The notes under the pieces were generated by a model, which was not told the DNA's origin, made no database searches, and was given only the letters and a program-made list of their open reading frames with translations. From Alphaproteobacteria bacterium (GTDB lineage Bacteria; Pseudomonadota; Alphaproteobacteria; Micavibrionales; Micavibrionaceae): a stretch of DNA of 34,929 nt. Numbering within the stretch: position 1 is the first letter of the stretch; the number at the start of each line of letters is the position of its first letter. Both the position numbers and the translations under genes were made by a program. Location: positions 1-34,929 of the forward strand of contig JAUILO010000001.1 in assembly GCA_030432775.1 (NCBI GenBank), in the 5' to 3' direction. Of this stretch, positions 28,920-34,929 are shown in pieces.

Positions 28920-29564
28920 ATGATGGAACAAAGGCAGACTATAGATGATGTGATTGATGGGCTATCAGGCGATTTGCAGCCGGTAAGTGTTATGAGGCAT
29001 CCATTGAGCCGCGCATTGCCAAGCGCAATGCTTTGTGCGCTTTACGTTTTTGTTGTCAGTTTTGCTATAGGGTTCCGCGCAGATATTTCGGATAAATTTG
29101 ATGAGCCGCTTTTTGTAACAGAGGTTTTGCTATCTGTATTCATTGCCGTTTCTGCGGCCATGGCATCGTCGTGGCTATGCGTGCCTGATATGAGGGGGCA
29201 GAAGTGGCTTTTGGCTGCTCCTGCGGTTTTATTTGCCTGTATGAGCCTTATTTATATGAATATGACCTTCGCACAAGGCTATGAGGTGCCCCATCTGGAA
29301 TGGCATCGCTGTGTGTATCAAGGGTTTTATATGGTTGGTTTGCCGTTGTTGGCTGTTTTGGTTATGTCTAGAAAAGGCAGAACGACGCATCCGTTCTGGA
29401 TGTCTTTGAATAATACACTATCGGTGAGCATGATGGGCTGGGTTGGTTTGCGCTTTACCTGTGCGGCTGATGATGTCGATCATATTTTCACATATCATTT
29501 TTTTCCGTTTGTTGTTGTCGGGTTTTTGCTATTACTCTTTGCAAGGCGCATATACAGGTGGTAA
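28920..29564 (+). CDS. nrsF: DUF1109 / NrsF-like membrane anti-sigma factor
   Basis: The start is 1 nt after the sigma stop (TAGAATG). The N-terminus TIDDVIDGLSGDLQPV fits the DUF1109 pattern as I remember it. About six hydrophobic helices contain several Cys. Confidence 0.6.
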   Translation: MMEQRQTIDDVIDGLSGDLQPVSVMRHPLSRALPSAMLCALYVFVVSFAIGFRADISDKFDEPLFVTEVLLSVFIAVSAAMASSWLCVPDMRGQKWLLAAPAVLFACMSLIYMNMTFAQGYEVPHLEWHRCVYQGFYMVGLPLLAVLVMSRKGRTTHPFWMSLNNTLSVSMMGWVGLRFTCAADDVDHIFTYHFFPFVVVGFLLLLFARRIYRW

Positions 29565-29635
29565 AATTCGTTGAACAAATTCATCGTGTAATTTAATGAA
29601 ACGACAGTTATTCAATAAAGAGATCGAGTATTATT

Positions 29636-29932
29636 ATGAAAGCTCATATCTACAGACCTTCAAGATCTGCTATGCAATCAGGCCGTGGTAAAATAGATAA
29701 ATGGATTTTAGAGTATGATTCAGAACCTCATCGCGGGCCAGAACCATTAATGGGCTGGACTAGTTCTGATACGACTTTGCCGCAAGTTCAGATAAAGTTT
29801 GATAGTAAAGAAGATGCTATTCGTTTTGCGCAAGGCAAGGGGTGGGATTTTCACGTGACTGAAAAGCATGGCCGTAAGGTTAAGCCACGTAACTATGTAG
29901 ATAATTTCGTCTTTAATCCGCGTGAATCATAA
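29636..29932 (+). CDS. ETC complex I NDUFS4-like small protein (ETC_C1_NDUFA4 family)
   Basis: 98-aa ORF with the motifs PSRSAMQSGRG, W.LEY and MGWTSS.D. Confidence 0.8.
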   Translation: MKAHIYRPSRSAMQSGRGKIDKWILEYDSEPHRGPEPLMGWTSSDTTLPQVQIKFDSKEDAIRFAQGKGWDFHVTEKHGRKVKPRNYVDNFVFNPRES

Positions 29933-30018
29933 TCATATATTGATTTTACCTTTTGTTTCGCATTATAACTGTTTTCAATATTGAACGGTGCAGCTTATAG
30001 CTAGCCTTTTCAATGTTA

Positions 30019-30095
<77 letters not shown>

Positions 30096-30135
30096 TTATT
30101 TCCTGTAAATGTTTGTATGATGAGGGTTTAATAAT

Positions 30136-31044
30136 ATGAACGCGTTGCAGGCGAATATAGCGGGGCTTTCTGCTTTGTTTCTTTGGTCTTTTACGGCTTT
30201 GCTTGCGGTTTTCAGCGGCCGGTTCCATGTATTCTTCATTCTGACATACACATCCTTTATCTGCTTCGCATTCTTTTTTGTGCTTTGGTGTTTCCAAGGT
30301 AAGGGCCTCAAACAGCATTTTGCTTATCCGTGGAAAATTGTCCTGTTTGCCGTAATAGGCATTGGCGGTTATCGGCTTGTATACTTTCTGGCTTTTGATA
30401 ACGGTCCTGCCGTAGAGGTCAATCTGCTCAATTATTTATGGCCTATTTTTATGGTGCTGTTTACCGGTGTTTTGCCTGGGGAGCGTCTTCGTTCATTTCA
30501 CGTCTTGGGAAGCTTAGTTGGGTTTTGCGGGTTGTATTTCTTGCTGCGAAGCAAAGTTTCATATTTGGAGTTTGATTGGGGGCTGGGGCATGTTTTCGGG
30601 TTTTCGGCCGCTGTAATGTGGGGGGCGTTCTCTGTGCTTTCCCGCCGTGTGCGTGGCTATTCCAGTCACGTCGTTCCTGCCTCGTTCATGTGGTCCGCTA
30701 TATTGTTTTCTTTTATTTATTTCACTTTTTACTTCAATGCGGATCAGTTCAAATCTTTGGAATGTTTTGATTGGCTATATCTTACTGCGCTTGGTATTTT
30801 GGCTGGGGCAGGTTATTTCCTGTGGGATATTGGCATGAAGCATGGGAATATACAGTTTTTGGCAGTTTCGTCATATTTTACACCGTTATTGTCCACTCTT
30901 ATTCTATTTTTAGCTGGGCAGGGCGTGCTATCGCAAGGTGTAATGCTTGCGGCTATACTTATCTTTCTGGGATCTGTTGTTGCGTCTGGTGATAAGTTGC
31001 ATGCCTTTTATAAGTCCTTTAATACCGATAAAAAGATCAAATGA
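30136..31044 (+). CDS. EamA/DMT-family transporter
   Basis: 302-aa ORF with about ten hydrophobic helices arranged as two EamA-like halves. A GAGGG SD is present. Confidence 0.85.
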   Translation: MNALQANIAGLSALFLWSFTALLAVFSGRFHVFFILTYTSFICFAFFFVLWCFQGKGLKQHFAYPWKIVLFAVIGIGGYRLVYFLAFDNGPAVEVNLLNYLWPIFMVLFTGVLPGERLRSFHVLGSLVGFCGLYFLLRSKVSYLEFDWGLGHVFGFSAAVMWGAFSVLSRRVRGYSSHVVPASFMWSAILFSFIYFTFYFNADQFKSLECFDWLYLTALGILAGAGYFLWDIGMKHGNIQFLAVSSYFTPLLSTLILFLAGQGVLSQGVMLAAILIFLGSVVASGDKLHAFYKSFNTDKKIK

Positions 31045-31288
31045 TATTTTTCATAATAAATTAACCTTTGTTTGTTTATAATTATTCAAATCAATTAATA
31101 AGAATTCAGCCAATCCGTTCTGTTTTTATGGGTTCTGGATATTATGTTCGAAATATTACGGGGTAGCGTTGGTGGGCGAAACTAACGTGCCAGCGTAAGA
31201 GGCGTAAAAGGTAGGCTGTAAATAGGGTGTACATTAAGAAATAAAAAATAGCGCAGTGATAAGCGCTAGGGTGTGAAAAATAAATCTG

Positions 31289-31321
31289 GTGTCTGTGGTT
31301 GTAACCGCGGGCACTTTTTTT
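31289..31321 (+). terminator. Intrinsic terminator, either for the eamA 3' UTR or for a small RNA
   Basis: The 11-bp stem pairs 31289-31299 (GTGTCTGTGGT) with 31304-31314 (ACCGCGGGCAC) and includes three G-U pairs. The loop is TGTA and T7 follows (31315-31321). Confidence 0.55.
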
Positions 31322-31506
31322 GTCGTTATTTTTTATCTGTGATTTTAGGGTGTAATGTTTCTGATATCAAATTTGTATTCTCTTCCCCGTTCTCTTGCGG
31401 TGACAGAAGGTGATTGCGTGCAGGGTTGCTCTGCGTGTTCATCATTTTGTCATTATGGCGATACTGGGGGCAGTATTGAAATATAATTGCTTAAATGATG
31501 CAGATC

Positions 31507-31540
31507 AAAAAAAAGGTCCGGAGACCTTTTGATCTCCGGA
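31507..31540 (-). terminator. Minus-strand intrinsic terminator in a region with no annotated minus-strand gene
   Basis: The minus strand reads TCCGGAGA-TCAAAAGG-TCTCCGGA (perfect 8-bp stem) followed by CC and T8. The plus strand can form an alternative AGATCAAAA(aaaa)GGTC-CGGA-GACCTTTTGATCT hairpin, but that one has no T tail. Confidence 0.6.
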
Positions 31541-32615
31541 CAAACGGCGGTAATAGAGGGTGTGTAATTAATTAGTACCCAAAAACGAAACGCATATCAA
31601 GAGAAAAATGTAAAATTTGTAGAAAATTTTATCCAAAAACACAACTAACCAATAAAAACAGCGGTATTTGAGTAATAATTGAAAAAAATACTAAGTGCTG
31701 TTTTTTTATAATAGTCTAAAATTAGTATAGGTTTGTACATAATTATATGTATTCTTTATTTTTTTATTTAAATTACTTTGCTTTACTTGCTTCTTTTTAT
31801 GTAATCGGTAAGTTATTGGTTTTATATTGGCGTATTATTTGTAACGTTATCACTGTAGTGTTTCCGGTTCGCCGGAGAGTGGCTGTCTCATTGTATCCAC
31901 AGTTTTCTTATGTTTTTATATTATAGGGATATTCAGCGGCGTAACTGTTAGTAAACTGCGGTTTTTATATCTATATTTATTATCTATTTATTTTTGCACA
32001 AGACGTTCAGACGTAACTTTTTGAATAGGTTTAGGTGGAAAGATCCTCATAGTTCATAAGAATTCCAGTCATACTTAAGGTTATCAAAAGTATAGAAAAA
32101 TCAGTGATTACATACGATTATGGGTTGTGCTCTACTGTTTGAAATATGGCCTTGCATTACCCCGAAGACCCTTTATTAAGAATATATCGACAGGAATTAT
32201 TATACAGAAAAGTTAACAAAACATTATTTGACATATGACAGATAATATGTTTTTTAGAGTTAAATTTTTTAGAGCGAGGCGCATTACCTTCGGATGTGAT
32301 CTGATGTGTAAAGTATATGAAAGCAGTCGCTCGGGGTGCTTAAGGGAAAAAAGAACAGGGACGTTGTTTACTGAGACAAGAATAAAAAAAGAACTCAGGC
32401 CTGAAGCAAACCTTCGAAAAGATAAATGGTTAATAGATTTTATTAGTGTGAATTCATATGAAAAGCCATGTGTGGCCATATGACAGGAAACAAAGAAGCG
32501 CTCTACAGATGGTCCGGCAGGATCGAGTTCAAGAGGAATGAGCGATGACTAGTAAGAAAACTATATGGATCATAGCAGATTATATTCTGTTATCGGACTA
32601 GAGAAGGGGAACGAT

Positions 32616-34929
32616 GTGACACAAGGGCACAAAAGGGAAGACGAACAAGAAAATACGGTAGATCGTACAAAGCGTGCGAAAAGAATTCTGTCTTATATGG
32701 CAGGCACTGTATTTAGCAATCCAGACACATTTGTTGATCCAGACACAAAGCCACATGAAGGGCATATGCCTTTTGATAGCTATCATTACCCATATTACGA
32801 ACGCCGTGACAGCGAATTTGCGATCCGCAATGCCAGCGAGCAAACAGTTTGGGATCACCTGAATATGAAGGTTGCCCGTGGCGGCGTTCCACATATTTAT
32901 GTTCCTACAGCCATTACCGGCGGTTTCCGTTCCCACAAATTAGCCGAAGAAGTTGACCATCGCTTACCGGTCACAATCGGTGATCAGACAGTTCTTTTGC
33001 GCACAACCAAAGATCTTGATAAAAGCTCTGCCGGTTCGGAGCGCGTTGTAAAAGATGTTATCATGCCCAATCAGCGCGATGCGATGGGTCGCCGTGAACA
33101 TCTGCAAAGAATGTTCCCTGAATTTATCCTGACATTCCCATTTAATAAAGAAGGTGCTGTTCATATGAACAGAGCCGATGCGGATGTCTCTTATAGCCGT
33201 TCACCCGAAGAAGAAGATTTTATGGGTGGCTGGTACACAGAAGTCGATGAGAGTGTCGCCATTATCCATGAACGTGATATTCCGTTTTCACGTAACAGTA
33301 ACTGGGAAGATATGCGCGGTATTATGAATGCTCTTGGTTACACCAAGGGCTTTGTTCGTTCAGATTCAGATTACGTATTTTACCGTGGTGACCGTACATT
33401 ACTGACCTTGGCAGAAATTGCACAAGGACAGTTGGAATATCTGGTCTATGCTCTTGATAAAGATTTTTATGCCCGCGAGGCTTCCACCACTTTGGCGTGG
33501 ATCATGGAAGTTGATAGCCGTATGAGCGACGCGGTCTATAATGGCAAAAGCAAACATCCGATTGATGTTCTGAATGTATCCAAACAGTTTCAGGATGAAT
33601 ACTCTTCTGATGAGCCTTGGGCGGTCGAAGCCCGCGCCAAAATGGCCGAGATCAAACGTATTGCCGAGCCACTAATCAAACGTCACTTTATCGGTCACAT
33701 TCCGGAAGAGTTTATGGCAGAGCTTGGTACATCTATGAAGCGTGCGCGCAAGAATATTAAGCCGCTTGAACTGCAAACAACACGTTCAAACGAAGTTGCA
33801 CCAAGACCAGTTGATAAATCACTGGATGAAAAATTAAAAGAAGCCCGTCTTAAAGCCAATGACCCTGTTATTGCCGAAATCAAAGAGCGTCTTGAAGATA
33901 TTGAAAATTACCGTTACCTGCAAAAAGCGGGCAGGGGGTCGGAACTTGTGGCATTGAAAACAATCGCGACACCTGTCTTTAAAGGCGAAATTGATGTTGC
34001 TCCTAAGGCTGTGCATACGGTTTCAACACCGAAACAGATTGTTCATAAAGAAAACGTGTTTGATCCGAATAAATTTGGTACGAAAATTTTCGATCGTAAC
34101 TTTTTTGATCGCGTTAAATCCAAGCGTGAGCGTATTGCCGTGACCAGAGGTCTTGGCGCTATGAATACACAATCTCCGCCATATGGTCGTCCAGGCTGGA
34201 CTTTTATTTCTGCTGATTTAAAGCGCGGTGAATTTGGCCGTAAAGCGGCAAATGATATGCTTGTGAGTGATGTTGCAGAACTGGAAGCATTCTACCCGGA
34301 TTCAGATCTATTCGTTGATGATGTTGTAAAGCCAAGCATATCGGCTACTGAGGCGGTGGTCGAAGCGGAGAAGAAAGACCAGATTGATGCTTATGGCCTG
34401 CATGGCCCGGTTATCAGCTCGGTTGATATTGATATCGAACTTAAACAGGCTTATGGAATGCTCACAGAGTTAACAGCCATTACCGGTCCTGCATCGATGA
34501 GTTCGGAAGCAACAATGGCATATAGAATGGCTATCATGGATTTGATGGTGGATACTGTGCGCCTTGCCGATAATGATTGGGCAAATTCTGATAAACAGGT
34601 AAACCACGTTGTGCGCGCCACTCTTATTCAATTGGGTCTGGCCAACCGTGGTGATATGCACCCTTATAATATGGTTTTGAAAAACGCCGATGGCGAAGAG
34701 ATGGATCTTCTTGATCGCGTGAAGCCGATTGCCGAATATCTGCAATATTGCGTTAAGCACGGTGTTAAAGCACCTGAACAAGCTTGGGGCGCAGCGGTTC
34801 TTGTACAGCTTCATGAAATGTTGATTGACCCTGATTATAACAAAGATCGCGGTGATGGTCATGATATTGTGAATTACGATAATGTTCATGAAAGCTTCGC
34901 CGATTACCGTTATGACGAACGCTCCAAAG
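32616..34929 (+). CDS. Large protein of unknown function (N-terminal >771 aa; continues beyond the window)
   Basis: I checked the frame (positions divisible by 3) line by line and it is open from 32556 to the window end. It is absent from the ORF track because it has no stop. GTG 32616 follows a strong SD (GAAGGGGA, 6-nt spacing); ATG 32565 is an alternative start. Composition and codon usage look like the neighbouring genes, and I recognise no catalytic or family motif. Confidence 0.7.
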   Translation, partial: MTQGHKREDEQENTVDRTKRAKRILSYMAGTVFSNPDTFVDPDTKPHEGHMPFDSYHYPYYERRDSEFAIRNASEQTVWDHLNMKVARGGVPHIYVPTAITGGFRSHKLAEEVDHRLPVTIGDQTVLLRTTKDLDKSSAGSERVVKDVIMPNQRDAMGRREHLQRMFPEFILTFPFNKEGAVHMNRADADVSYSRSPEEEDFMGGWYTEVDESVAIIHERDIPFSRNSNWEDMRGIMNALGYTKGFVRSDSDYVFYRGDRTLLTLAEIAQGQLEYLVYALDKDFYAREASTTLAWIMEVDSRMSDAVYNGKSKHPIDVLNVSKQFQDEYSSDEPWAVEARAKMAEIKRIAEPLIKRHFIGHIPEEFMAELGTSMKRARKNIKPLELQTTRSNEVAPRPVDKSLDEKLKEARLKANDPVIAEIKERLEDIENYRYLQKAGRGSELVALKTIATPVFKGEIDVAPKAVHTVSTPKQIVHKENVFDPNKFGTKIFDRNFFDRVKSKRERIAVTRGLGAMNTQSPPYGRPGWTFISADLKRGEFGRKAANDMLVSDVAELEAFYPDSDLFVDDVVKPSISATEAVVEAEKKDQIDAYGLHGPVISSVDIDIELKQAYGMLTELTAITGPASMSSEATMAYRMAIMDLMVDTVRLADNDWANSDKQVNHVVRATLIQLGLANRGDMHPYNMVLKNADGEEMDLLDRVKPIAEYLQYCVKHGVKAPEQAWGAAVLVQLHEMLIDPDYNKDRGDGHDIVNYDNVHESFADYRYDERSK

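Larger units (their letters stand above)
31212..31563 (+). repeat. Dispersed short-motif array: TAGGGTGT three times, plus TAGGCTGT and TAGAGGGTGT
   Basis: Exact TAGGGTGT occurs at 31223-31230, 31267-31274 and 31346-31353. TAGGCTGT is at 31212-31219 and AGGGTGT at 31557-31563. All are on the plus strand in ORF-poor DNA. Confidence 0.8.

Noticed and set aside
31273-31413. 47-codon Cys-rich ORF starting at a GTG inside a TAGGGTGT copy.
   Set aside because: It reads through the 31289-31321 terminator stem and its T7 tract. The Cys richness is a by-product of the G/T-rich sequence.
31560-32250. oriC in the long AT-rich region (two 8-of-9 DnaA-like boxes, and one near CtrA-like GTTAA-N7-TTAT at 32212-32227).
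   Set aside because: There are too few boxes and they are imperfect. There is no change of gene orientation across the region, and no hemE, dnaA or parAB context. I kept it only as a note under the AT-rich-region finding.
32213-32483. Mutually antisense 88-aa (minus) and 82-aa (plus) ORFs just upstream of the large orphan ORF.
   Set aside because: Neither has an SD. They are rich in AGA, AGG and ATA codons and in K/R/F low complexity, and both frames are open over the same stretch. This more likely reflects a structured leader or promoter region than a gene. Ribosome profiling could revisit it.
32515-32535. tRNA T-arm-like fragment CAGGATCGAGTTC, resembling the tRNA-Arg T arm CAGGTTCGAGTCC. 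It could be an att-site remnant marking an island border.
   Set aside because: Only about 11 of 13 nt match, mostly the generic GTTCGA T-loop consensus. There is no flanking acceptor-stem similarity and no integrase nearby.

Overview
This looks like a chromosomal segment of an alphaproteobacterium, about 40-45% GC by eye. The assignment rests on gene order (rimP-nusA-infB, metK-trmB, miaB-phoH-ybeY-corC-lnt) and on an NDUFS4-like ETC protein, a DUF192 protein and an ECF sigma/DUF1109 pair.

Positions 1-14.8 kb are a minus-strand housekeeping block. The one oddity is an extra, divergent PhoH-like ATPase between miaB and the canonical phoH.

From 15 kb the genes are mostly plus-strand:
- a 2-hydroxyacid dehydrogenase
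- a small secreted orphan
- an AGCS symporter
- a 1352-aa membrane-anchored coiled-coil protein, preceded by two DnaA-box-like repeats
- a HAD-IIA hydrolase
- a patatin-like lipase (minus strand)
- an MsbA-like ABC exporter
- a Bem46-like alpha/beta hydrolase
- a DUF192 lipoprotein
- tRNA-Pro(UGG), an ECF sigma with an NrsF-like anti-sigma, an NDUFS4-like protein, tRNA-Arg(UCU)
- an EamA transporter

The window ends with a 1.5-kb AT-rich stretch that has no ORF of 60 aa or more. It carries a recurring TAGGGTGT motif, two intrinsic-terminator-like hairpins on opposite strands and a possible Cys-rich small ORF. After it comes a large ORF (>771 codons, open to the window edge) with no motif I can recognise.

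The ORF track omits both edge-truncated ORFs (infB and this one). I saw no CRISPR array, IS element, transposase, integrase or rRNA.

The best candidates for something undescribed are the terminal orphan ORF with its structured upstream region, the coiled-coil protein, and the extra PhoH-like ATPase. All functional calls come from motif recognition by eye, not database searches.
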